IMG/VR virus record: IMGVR_UViG_3300033076_001180
Coordinates: 1-26,541 of that record
Reading direction: 5' to 3' (one strand)
Length of the DNA: 26,541 bases
From: a virus
Taxonomy: Duplodnaviria; Caudoviricetes
Part shown: positions 9,085 to 16,685 of the stretch, piece after piece
Layout of the letters: every line of letters starts with the position of its first letter
How positions within the stretch are numbered: the stretch's first letter is position 1
Position numbers and translations under genes: made by a program
The notes under the pieces: model-generated
The model's database searches: none
What the model was told of the DNA's origin: nothing
What the model saw: only the letters and a program-made list of their open reading frames with translations

Positions 9085-10275
9085 TTAACCTGCCCCGTGC
9101 ATTTCCCTTGCAAGCGGAATGTAAGACTCCGTGCCTGCTTGCCGTTGCAAAATACCAGACTTTTCCATCAAAATCATAATCCGTTCGGCTTTTTCTGCAG
9201 GTGTGCGTTGAGATAAAAAGCGCAAGATTGTTGCGGACGCAATCGGTTGGCGGTGTTTCACGTAAATGCTAAATAGATATTGGAATGTCTCCTCGATCAC
9301 TTGATCGTCGGAGCGCATAATCATATCGCGGAAGATCATCGGCATCAGCGCTTCGATTTCAAGCAACCATCCTCTCGCCCGCTCAACATCCTGCAGCCTA
9401 ATGGCGAGTTCCTCACCTCTCGACATCGCAGCGACCATTGCCAGTTTGACAGCAAAAATCGTTCCGCGACGTGGGATGTAATTGGCGAGTTTCGGATGGT
9501 CTGGAACCGGACCCCATTTATCTTTTCGCCAGCTTTCCATTTCGTAAATAGCTTTCGCGTCCCATTTCATTTCACCATAATAATCCGCGCAATCGTCTAA
9601 CTTTTGCACGAGCCTTTTTTGCTCCGTCTCCATGTTTTTGTATTCACCGAAAAGCGGCACGTCCGGCATGGACGAACTGTAGACCATTAAAAGGCGCGAG
9701 GTCCAACCCATCGTCCACGCAGCTTCCGGGAGCAAGGTGGCGAGAAATCCTGGCTGGGAACCTACCAACAGCGTGGTCATGGGATTGTGAATTTCAATCG
9801 GGTCTTTCAAACTATGTCTGCGTTCTTCTCGATAAGTCGCTTTGTGGTCGAACAACTCGTTAATGATGGAAAGAAAGTTTAGATCGTGAGCGTTAATGAA
9901 CACACCAAGTTCTGCCGCGAACACGAACAAATGATTATAGTCCAGCATTCCTGCGTTGTTCGGCTTGAGCACGGAACGCATGGAGCGCGAAAGGGCGTCG
10001 ATGTATGAAGCAGCCGTGACGCTGTTCGGCGCGATGTGATATTTTTTCGTCGCCTTGAGCAATGCCTCTGCAGGATTGATCGCCTGCGACTTACCGATAC
10101 CGGGCGGCGCGACGAGCATAGTGTAAAGATTTGCGAACTGCGGTCCCGCTTTCGTCATACACCACACACGCTTTTCCAAAGCACCAGAGAGCGTGGTGAT
10201 CGCAGCCCATTTACGAAAAAGTTCTGGTGAAGGACGTTCATCGGTGAACGCCACAAAAGAGTCAACAAAGTCCAC
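9085..10275 (-). CDS. DUF3987/YfjI-like P-loop ATPase, probable replicative helicase
   Basis: GTG start with SD GGGAG. NLYTMLVAPPGIGKS Walker A, atypical Walker B FVFAAE, GWTSRLL arginine-finger-like motif, possible C-terminal winged helix. Directly downstream of PolA. Confidence 0.7.
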   Translation of the reverse strand: MDFVDSFVAFTDERPSPELFRKWAAITTLSGALEKRVWCMTKAGPQFANLYTMLVAPPGIGKSQAINPAEALLKATKKYHIAPNSVTAASYIDALSRSMRSVLKPNNAGMLDYNHLFVFAAELGVFINAHDLNFLSIINELFDHKATYREERRHSLKDPIEIHNPMTTLLVGSQPGFLATLLPEAAWTMGWTSRLLMVYSSSMPDVPLFGEYKNMETEQKRLVQKLDDCADYYGEMKWDAKAIYEMESWRKDKWGPVPDHPKLANYIPRRGTIFAVKLAMVAAMSRGEELAIRLQDVERARGWLLEIEALMPMIFRDMIMRSDDQVIEETFQYLFSIYVKHRQPIASATILRFLSQRTPAEKAERIMILMEKSGILQRQAGTESYIPLAREMHGAG

Positions 10276-10310
10276 CGAAAGGCTCCCAAATAATTAAAGG
10301 CTATGCGCCG

Positions 10311-11792
10311 TTATAGTTTTTGTGAGAGCAGCGGCGTCCGCTTGCGCTCGTCTTTTTTGTTTTTCCATTTGGCGAGGCCGTCTGGATTAGACTTGGGATC
10401 AAAGTTTCCCCAGTTCCATCCGACTTTCGCTTCTCCGGGGACCACAAGTTTGTGATCGCCAGAAACAAACGCGAGATCAAAATGTGAAAGCGCTTCGGAG
10501 ATGATTTCTTGCTCGTCGAGATGTTCAGGATATTGGAAGTAAAGAGCGTCGTGGACTTGGGCAATTAATTGCACCTGCGGCATGTATTTCCAAACGCGCC
10601 AGAGCACAAGGTTTAGCCTCTCCGCCGTCGCGCTCTGTGGCGAAAACGCAATCGCTTCACGTAACGTCGAGTCATCGTTCGCTCGTCCGAAGAACGTGCG
10701 CTCTCGTCCGAAAGGTGTGATGATGCGGTGGGAAGTTTGGAGTTGTTGTGCGACCCATCTATGCCATTTTGGTATTCCAGCGAATCGCTCGAAATAGCGT
10801 TGCTGGAATTGTTCAGCGACGACAACTGGGAGCTTTGCGTGCCTGGCCATGGTTGGAGGAAGTCCGCGATAATTGCTTCCATGTCCGAGCTTTTTCGCCA
10901 TGTCGCGGTAGGTGAGGTGACGATAAAATGGCGTGTCTGCGATTGCGCGGTCGCGCTTGGGATCGTCTGTCCATTCCAGTTCGGGCCAAGCAGTCCGTGC
11001 AACAAGAGTGTGAAGATCGCCACTATAGCAGGCATCCAGATAAGACCAATCACCACAAATGGTTCCCGAAAGCCATCCCACTTCTCGACTCTCTGCCTGT
11101 TCCAAGTCGATCCCGCAGAGTTTGTATCCGGGGTCAGCCACAAACATTGTTCGCAAAGATGACGTGATGTTTTGAAGATTTGTGCCAGTGCCGAACGCAT
11201 TTGTGCTGCTAGAAAAGCGACCTGTTTCTGTGCCTGCAACATTGTAAGAAGTCCTCATGCGACCATCTGAATCAACTTCGGTGTTGAGCACGGAGAGTTG
11301 TTTCACAGCGTCTCGTATAGCCAATATGGTTGCCACCATTGGACGGGCGTGAAAGTAGTTGTCGAGTTTTTCAAGAGCCTCTCGGTCCATGGACAATTTG
11401 CGCTCCCCCTTCTTCGAAGTCCAGATTTCGGGGATTCGCATGTGTTGAAAGAAAAATTCTTGCAGCATCTTTGGGGAATTGGCTTTGAGGGGCTTGTCCC
11501 AGACGGCGTAAGCAAAACGATTAAGGAGAGCAGTAAGACGCTCGATTTCTGCAGTAAGATGCGCGATGCCTTTTTGACGTTCATAACTGTCAATCCGAAA
11601 TCCGCGTTGCATCATGTCCATGACGGGGGCCTGCAAGGCGCGGGTGAAATTGTAAATCTTGGGCGCTGGGCCGATAGCGCGGATTGCGTCGAGAACTTCG
11701 TGCGTGATGCAACAGTCCAGACCGTTGTAAAGCTGCTCGTTTTCTGCGAGCACTACGCCTTCTTGCAGCGTCGATGTGTCGATGATTGGCAT
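10311..11792 (-). CDS. polA: Family A DNA polymerase, polymerase subunit (carries only the ExoIII motif of the proofreading domain)
   Basis: Start reassigned to ATG 11792 (TAATG coupling). NSPKML, GTETGRFSS, NLQNI, motif A DLEQAESR, GDLHT, motif B RDMAKKLGHGSNY, TPFGRER, PQSATA, motif C QVHDA. YNGLD lies near the N-terminus. Confidence 0.92.
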   Translation of the reverse strand: MPIIDTSTLQEGVVLAENEQLYNGLDCCITHEVLDAIRAIGPAPKIYNFTRALQAPVMDMMQRGFRIDSYERQKGIAHLTAEIERLTALLNRFAYAVWDKPLKANSPKMLQEFFFQHMRIPEIWTSKKGERKLSMDREALEKLDNYFHARPMVATILAIRDAVKQLSVLNTEVDSDGRMRTSYNVAGTETGRFSSSTNAFGTGTNLQNITSSLRTMFVADPGYKLCGIDLEQAESREVGWLSGTICGDWSYLDACYSGDLHTLVARTAWPELEWTDDPKRDRAIADTPFYRHLTYRDMAKKLGHGSNYRGLPPTMARHAKLPVVVAEQFQQRYFERFAGIPKWHRWVAQQLQTSHRIITPFGRERTFFGRANDDSTLREAIAFSPQSATAERLNLVLWRVWKYMPQVQLIAQVHDALYFQYPEHLDEQEIISEALSHFDLAFVSGDHKLVVPGEAKVGWNWGNFDPKSNPDGLAKWKNKKDERKRTPLLSQKL

Positions 11793-11905
11793 TAAATCAC
11801 CATTCCGCAAACAACACACAACAACCAAACTGCCAGCGCTTTTTCAGAACCCGTCACAATGTAATACGACATCGGCACAAACGAGATGATAAGGGGTGAA
11901 AGCAT
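11792..11905 (-). CDS. Small hydrophobic protein (37 aa)
   Basis: MLSPLIISFVPMSYYIVTGSEKALAVWLLCVVCGMVI*. TAATG overlaps at both ends, exactly filling the gap between its neighbours. Confidence 0.6.
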   Translation of the reverse strand: MLSPLIISFVPMSYYIVTGSEKALAVWLLCVVCGMVI

Positions 11906-12126
11906 TAGAGCATTCCTTTTGTCTGCAGATGGTTGAACACTCTGCGCCATGCGTAGCTCCTTGCAATACTTACAATGGTAAAAATGGCGGTTAAGGCTAG
12001 GTTTTCTTGGAGAGAAGGGTGTAGGTTGAACCATGGGAAAACCAGCCATTGCGTTAAAAGCGAAGTTAAAAACCCAGAGGCTGTATTTAAAAGCGCCTCG
12101 AGAAGGGAATGTTTGCGAGATTGCAT
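11905..12126 (-). CDS. Small two-TM phage membrane protein (DUF7220-like)
   Basis: MQSRKHSLLEALLN...G.......FP.F.......N......FT..S..RSY..RR.FN is a widespread phage family pattern; ATG immediately follows the upstream TGA. Confidence 0.8.
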   Translation of the reverse strand: MQSRKHSLLEALLNTASGFLTSLLTQWLVFPWFNLHPSLQENLALTAIFTIVSIARSYAWRRVFNHLQTKGML

Positions 12127-13182
12127 TCAGTCATCCTTCTTCATCTCCGTGATCTTTTTCCCGCGCATTGTTTTCCACGCAGGTTCGGAAGTATAAACGC
12201 TGCCTAAAAATCCCAAACCTTTTTGCATTTCAGGGTAAAGAGCGTGATGGTAAAGCATTGTATCTTCGAGACAAGAACGCGGACGATAACCTTCTTTCAT
12301 TAGATATTGCAAGTCGTAAAGTCCGTTCTGGAAGATTTTTGTCACGAACGGGTTTTCCAGAATTGACCGAACAACATTCCTCGCGTCGAGTTCAAGACGT
12401 GGTGTGGCCCAAAAATTTCCGCCCTTGGCTCGATCCCAGAATGGAACGACCATTGCGTTTTCAGCGTCCGCGCTAAATCCTACCATTTCGATCATGCCGT
12501 ATTTTGTTTCGATGTCGCAGGCGCTTTCGGCGCGGATATGCGTGGCGATCCATTCATGGCACTCAGCAATCGTGGGGTTTACCAGAATGCGTCTGGAGGG
12601 CCGTTTGATTTCCGGAAACGCGCTTTCGCGCTTGGCCTTCATTAAATCCGCGAGAGTGATCGGACGGTTGGCCCAATTACGCAAGACTGCCGCAGGGTGA
12701 TAGGTCGGGAGGACTTTGCCGCCAGCAAGAGTTCCTGTTGCCACTGTTCCGCGTAAACTTCCAAGGCCGTTAGTGCCAAGCAAAGCCCAACAAGCTGTAG
12801 CCCCCAGAGCGATAGTGATATGAGGACGAACTTCTTCCAATTCGACACGGAGGCGCTCCAATTCTGAGAGGTATTCAGGCCGCAGGTATTGACCGACTTT
12901 GCCTAAGTGCGGATGTGGGTAGTCCTCACCGCATTCTGCTTTTTTGCAGCAAAGCGCGGAAAGGTCGTTGTTTGGTGGACGCAGCGCCAGCACATTCGTC
13001 AAGAAACAATCACGACGGGAAATCCCAGCTTCTTGCAACATGCGGGTTAGTTCTTGCCCGCTGTAACCTTGGAAGGGTTTGCCGACGATTGACTCCTGCT
13101 CGCCCCATGCCTCACCGACGAGAGCGATCTTTGCGTCTCGCGGGCCGGATGAATGGGCGAATGCTGGCGCTGCGTTGTGCAT
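12127..13182 (-). CDS. Uracil-DNA glycosylase-like domain fused to partial DnaQ-like 3'-5' exonuclease (N-terminal half of split polymerase)
   Basis: Family 4 UDG-like motifs LVGEAWG..E...G.PF.G.SG..L, FLTNV...RPPNN, IALGATA, PTYHPAAVLR. Then ExoI CDIET, ExoII QNGLYD, DTML.HH.LYPE..KGLGFLGS.YT..P.WK. Confidence 0.88.
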   Translation of the reverse strand: MHNAAPAFAHSSGPRDAKIALVGEAWGEQESIVGKPFQGYSGQELTRMLQEAGISRRDCFLTNVLALRPPNNDLSALCCKKAECGEDYPHPHLGKVGQYLRPEYLSELERLRVELEEVRPHITIALGATACWALLGTNGLGSLRGTVATGTLAGGKVLPTYHPAAVLRNWANRPITLADLMKAKRESAFPEIKRPSRRILVNPTIAECHEWIATHIRAESACDIETKYGMIEMVGFSADAENAMVVPFWDRAKGGNFWATPRLELDARNVVRSILENPFVTKIFQNGLYDLQYLMKEGYRPRSCLEDTMLYHHALYPEMQKGLGFLGSVYTSEPAWKTMRGKKITEMKKDD

Positions 13183-13183
13183 G

Positions 13184-13423
13184 TTACTGCTTCTCTACCG
13201 TTAGACCTTTGACCAACCACATGCAGCCTTCTTCGAAACACTCGATTGCTTTCGAAAGTAGACGGGTTTCTTCATCGCTGATTGTATCAATGTTTTCAGG
13301 TATGAAGTCCCATGTGAAGTCGATCAACTCTGCAGCTTGCCGTTTCGCTTCTTTTACCTCTGCCTTTTCAGTCGGGAGGAAAGATTTGCGAACGAGCTTT
13401 TCGCCGTGAGTGCGCGTTAGCAT
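13184..13423 (-). CDS. Acb2/Tad1-like helical hairpin protein (79 aa), candidate immune-signal sponge
   Basis: Start reassigned to ATG 13423 (TAATG coupling). V.E.K...AELID...ETRLLSKAIECFEEGCMWLVKGLT resembles the R..A.A.T..EEA.MW motif of Tad1/Acb2-like proteins. Confidence 0.55.
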   Translation of the reverse strand: MLTRTHGEKLVRKSFLPTEKAEVKEAKRQAAELIDFTWDFIPENIDTISDEETRLLSKAIECFEEGCMWLVKGLTVEKQ

Positions 13424-13854
13424 TAACGATTTTCCTCTGCGACAATCGCCAACAGCAGCAGGCTGTAAACCACCATGTCGTCGATGCGGTCGCGGATCGG
13501 TTCGGAGCGTGCACGATTTTTGTTTTCGCGCACGTCCTTCACATACTGCGTGATCGTGTCGATGTGTTTGCCAGCAAGAAAGAACCAAGCGGTTGACATC
13601 GGCACACCCTGCTGATCCGACAGTCTGCGGAAGTTCGCCAAAATGTCAGCCTTGTCACCATACTCAGCGTTCTTCGTGGCGAATAGCTTTTCCGCACGCT
13701 TCATGGCGTCTGCGATGATGGTGAGCTGCGGGTTGCTATTGGCGACAGGTGTGGGGACTTTGTTCATTTTCGGCTCCGTGGTTGGCTTAACGTCAGCGAT
13801 GGTTTCGTAAAGTTCGTGGATGTTGATGCGTTCAGCTAGATTTTCCTGCGTCAT
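13423..13854 (-). CDS. All-alpha NTP pyrophosphohydrolase-like protein (DUF1599/Nmad1, MazG-like)
   Basis: Start reassigned to ATG 13854 (SD AAGGAG). KNAEYG...DILANF...KH...EPIRDRIDDMVVYSLLL pattern. Confidence 0.6.
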   Translation of the reverse strand: MTQENLAERINIHELYETIADVKPTTEPKMNKVPTPVANSNPQLTIIADAMKRAEKLFATKNAEYGDKADILANFRRLSDQQGVPMSTAWFFLAGKHIDTITQYVKDVRENKNRARSEPIRDRIDDMVVYSLLLLAIVAEENR

Positions 13855-15328
13855 TATTTTGCTCCTTTTGCATAGACGATGCTTTCCGTAACACTCGCGA
13901 GTGATTAAGGGCTCGCCTCGCGTTCGCCACGTATTCATCGTTAATCTCGAGGCCAATTACGTGATCGGCTCCGAGAGCTTCTGCGGCCCGCAGCGATGAC
14001 CCACCACCGCATGTCGGATCGAGAAATCTGGTATTGCTATCTACAAACATTTGAAGAAAGTGCTTGAGCACTGGTTCGGGTTTGGTGTGTGGGTGATGCT
14101 CCTTGTTTGTGGGGGATGCGATGGCGTTGCTCACGGGCTTAACAAGCAGTCTGTCCTCACGAGAAGCGATCAGCGCCGTTTCGTAAATTCGTCTGGGTTC
14201 GCGCTTGGGGTCCGGCACTATCCCAACATTATCGCTCTTTACCCACACAAGCGGGAAGTTGCAGAACGAGAGCGTCGGGGCCAAATCTGCAAACATTTCC
14301 AAAGTCCGCGATTGGATTTTAATGTCGCCAGACAGCCAAAACACAAGGTGCCCGGAGTGCGCCATGACACGATCCAGATTTGCGCACAGACATTCGATCA
14401 ATTTCACATAAACGTCCGCGCTGTCGTCATAGCCGCTGGTCGTGCGCTTTCCAGACCATGCGCCGCCGAACACGTTCACGCCATAAGGAAAGTCGCAGTG
14501 GATCAAATTGAAAGGCTCGCCGCGATAGGCTGGAGCCCAATCCAAAAAAGACTCCTGTAAAATGGACTGGTCTGCGGGGGTGATAAGCGGTGCGGTGCGG
14601 GCGGACTTTGGGGGGCCGTCCGGCGCGTGGCCGGTATGGGTGGTTTTTTGGCCGGTGGGTGCGTCGGCAAGGTCGTCGGAATGCCCGGTTTTTTGGTCCG
14701 TGGTTGCGTTCAATAGGTCGTCTAGGGGGTCTATACCGGAATTGTTTTCAAGGGCGTCATTAGCCGCCTCTGTGGCGCTATGCAAAAGGTTGCTAACCGC
14801 GTCCGCCGCGACCCGTTCATCCTCTCTGGAGATAAAGTTATACGCTCGTGTCGCTGACTCCATGTTCCGCACGTTATCCCGGTGGAGTTCCTTGGCGACA
14901 CGGCAGCAGCGCTGGACCCACGCAGGACTATACCCAAGATTTTCTGAGGTCTTTGTGTAGTTCCAGGTGTCACCGTTTTGCTGCGTCAACACTTCATGGA
15001 TCGTCGCCATGGCGATGCACTGGTCCTGCCAGCCTAAATCCTTGCGACGAAGATTTTCTTCGAGTTCCACCACGCGCTGCTCAAGCGGGGAGAGATCGTT
15101 CAACTGCCGAGCGGGAATGGTTTCGAGGTTTAATTGGCGCGATGCCGTGTAACGCCGTTCACCTGCGATAAGTTTGAAAGGCTGGTTCGCCGGACCAACT
15201 TCCGCCATCACAATAATCGGCACCAGCACCCCGTTGCGCGGAATGCTTTCTAAAAGGTCGTCAATAATGATTTCTTTTCGCTGGCGTGACCCACGGTCAA
15301 TCCAGATGTCTTTAAGGGAAATGTCCAT
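13832..15328 (-). CDS. ParB-like domain + HTH fused to beta-class amino (N6A/N4C) DNA methyltransferase
   Basis: ATG 15328 (SD AGGA). SI...GVLVPIIV, LIAGERRY, EENLRRKDL, HTH-like segment, low-complexity linker, LIHCDFPYG (motif IV variant), HPHTKP, FLDPTCGGGS (motif I), GLEINDEY. Confidence 0.85.
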   Translation of the reverse strand: MDISLKDIWIDRGSRQRKEIIIDDLLESIPRNGVLVPIIVMAEVGPANQPFKLIAGERRYTASRQLNLETIPARQLNDLSPLEQRVVELEENLRRKDLGWQDQCIAMATIHEVLTQQNGDTWNYTKTSENLGYSPAWVQRCCRVAKELHRDNVRNMESATRAYNFISREDERVAADAVSNLLHSATEAANDALENNSGIDPLDDLLNATTDQKTGHSDDLADAPTGQKTTHTGHAPDGPPKSARTAPLITPADQSILQESFLDWAPAYRGEPFNLIHCDFPYGVNVFGGAWSGKRTTSGYDDSADVYVKLIECLCANLDRVMAHSGHLVFWLSGDIKIQSRTLEMFADLAPTLSFCNFPLVWVKSDNVGIVPDPKREPRRIYETALIASREDRLLVKPVSNAIASPTNKEHHPHTKPEPVLKHFLQMFVDSNTRFLDPTCGGGSSLRAAEALGADHVIGLEINDEYVANARRALNHSRVLRKASSMQKEQNNDAGKSS

Positions 15329-15347
15329 GGTCAATCCTGTAAGGTGA

Positions 15348-15371
15348 AGGGAGGGGGGAAACCCCCTCCCT
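15348..15371 (-). terminator. Perfect 10-bp hairpin after the SSB-like gene
   Basis: Minus strand AGGGAGGGGG-TTTC-CCCCCTCCCT followed by TCACCTT (poor U tract). Confidence 0.55.
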
Positions 15372-15392
15372 GTTGGCGCAAAGCGTGTGCGA

Positions 15393-15827
15393 TTACTCGC
15401 CCTTCACGCTCTTGATGTTGTTGCGCGGCGGATCGTCCGGGCGCTCCGGGTTGAAACGCTGCGTGATATACGCGAGGACGCTCTGCCCGACTGCCTCCGG
15501 GATCAGTTCGTCAAACGTCGAACCAGCAGTTTTCAGACCAAGTGACTCCAGAAAATCTTTCAGACGAAAGCGCGCGTCGGGGGTGAGATAAAAGTCCGTG
15601 GACATTTTACGAGCGGAAAGGTCGATGTCTGCGAGATCCTTGGGGTCAACGTCATCGCTGGCGGAATGGAACTTGAGAGCAAAGCGGACATAAGGAGTTT
15701 TGTTTTTGTTGTTGTCGCCGTATTCAAAGCTCGCGATTGTGCCATGATAAGTGCCTTCGGGAAGCGCAGCAGGAGCCTTTACTTCGTCAAGGTTTACGGA
15801 AAGGAGGTCTTTAAAGTTAACAGCCAT
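15393..15827 (-). CDS. DUF669-like putative ssDNA-binding protein
   Basis: ATG 15827 (SD GGAG). LPEGTYHGTIASFEY...KTPYVRFALKF...FRLKDFLESLG is DUF669-like; follows the AAA ATPase as in Sak4-SSB modules. Confidence 0.6.
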   Translation of the reverse strand: MAVNFKDLLSVNLDEVKAPAALPEGTYHGTIASFEYGDNNKNKTPYVRFALKFHSASDDVDPKDLADIDLSARKMSTDFYLTPDARFRLKDFLESLGLKTAGSTFDELIPEAVGQSVLAYITQRFNPERPDDPPRNNIKSVKGE

Positions 15828-15881
15828 TTTATACTCCATAGTGATAAACCCCGTGAGGGGCTGGTATTAGGACCTTTGGTC

Positions 15882-16685
15882 CTAATTTCGGACCGCTGCG
15901 AAATAGTCGGCCAAGCCAGACTCTAGCGGATAAGACTGCGCCACTTTCGATGGCGCGGTATTCTTGCACTCAATCGTGCCTTGAGAAGTTGTGAAGATTT
16001 GCCGTTTAAGGTTCTGCCCGCGACCAGATGACTGCGCGAGCAATACCGTGTTGAAATATCGGCCCACTTTCGGAGGTAGAGCTTTTCCCAAAGTGTTCGG
16101 ATAGTAACGCTCCGGGCCACTTTCATCCCCCATTGGCTTGATGTGGCAGTTGATTATGACATTGCACTTTACGGACTCATCGTAAAGCATTCGCAAAAGG
16201 TTCTCGACGAGGACTTGAGCAAGGCCCCAGTCGGACTGGTGCGGGTGCTGCCCGAGGCGGCCATTCATAGCGAGGATGTAGGAAAGCGCTGCGTCGCTCA
16301 ACATGGTGAGGGAGTCGATCACAAGCACCGTGTTGCTGTCCCATGTGGTGATCGCGCCAAGGTTTGTGTCGCCGTCTTTCCAGTCACCCAACATGCCGGT
16401 CGTGCGCTGCCAAACGCTGGCCTTCGCCGGGATCAATTTGCCGCCGACGTTTTTCATGGGCTCCGTGATCGTAACGTAGTCCACGTTTGTAATGCAGTCT
16501 TTTTTGTAACGGCCCGATGTAAGGAGGTCACGCAGCACGTCCACGCCGTTGTCGAGGTCAAGGATGCGAATTTTGTAACCGGCATCTGCAAGTGAAGCGA
16601 GCGCTCCCGTCTTGCCTGATCCGCTATCGCCTACGAACAAAAGTTTTGTAGTGTCTGCTGAATGATGATCTTTAAGCGATGGCAT
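15882..16685 (-). CDS. AAA_24/Sak4-like P-loop ATPase (putative recombinase)
   Basis: Start reassigned to ATG 16685. KLLFVGDSGSGKT Walker A, RILDLDNG, LVIDSLT Walker B, DWG, NVIINCH, VGRYFNTV. Confidence 0.75.
   Translation of the reverse strand: MPSLKDHHSADTTKLLFVGDSGSGKTGALASLADAGYKIRILDLDNGVDVLRDLLTSGRYKKDCITNVDYVTITEPMKNVGGKLIPAKASVWQRTTGMLGDWKDGDTNLGAITTWDSNTVLVIDSLTMLSDAALSYILAMNGRLGQHPHQSDWGLAQVLVENLLRMLYDESVKCNVIINCHIKPMGDESGPERYYPNTLGKALPPKVGRYFNTVLLAQSSGRGQNLKRQIFTTSQGTIECKNTAPSKVAQSYPLESGLADYFAAVRN

Noticed and set aside
11793-12126. Intron, intein or readthrough rejoining the polymerase halves
   Set aside because: The gap is fully occupied by two coupled ORFs and is 334 nt (out of frame). 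I saw no group I/II core or intein Cys/His-Asn termini. Not formally excluded without RNA data.
14642-14703. Imperfect 45-nt-period repeat GGTTTTTTGG in the MTase linker
   Set aside because: Explained as a short degenerate duplication in a disordered linker (TDQKTGH / TGQKTTH).
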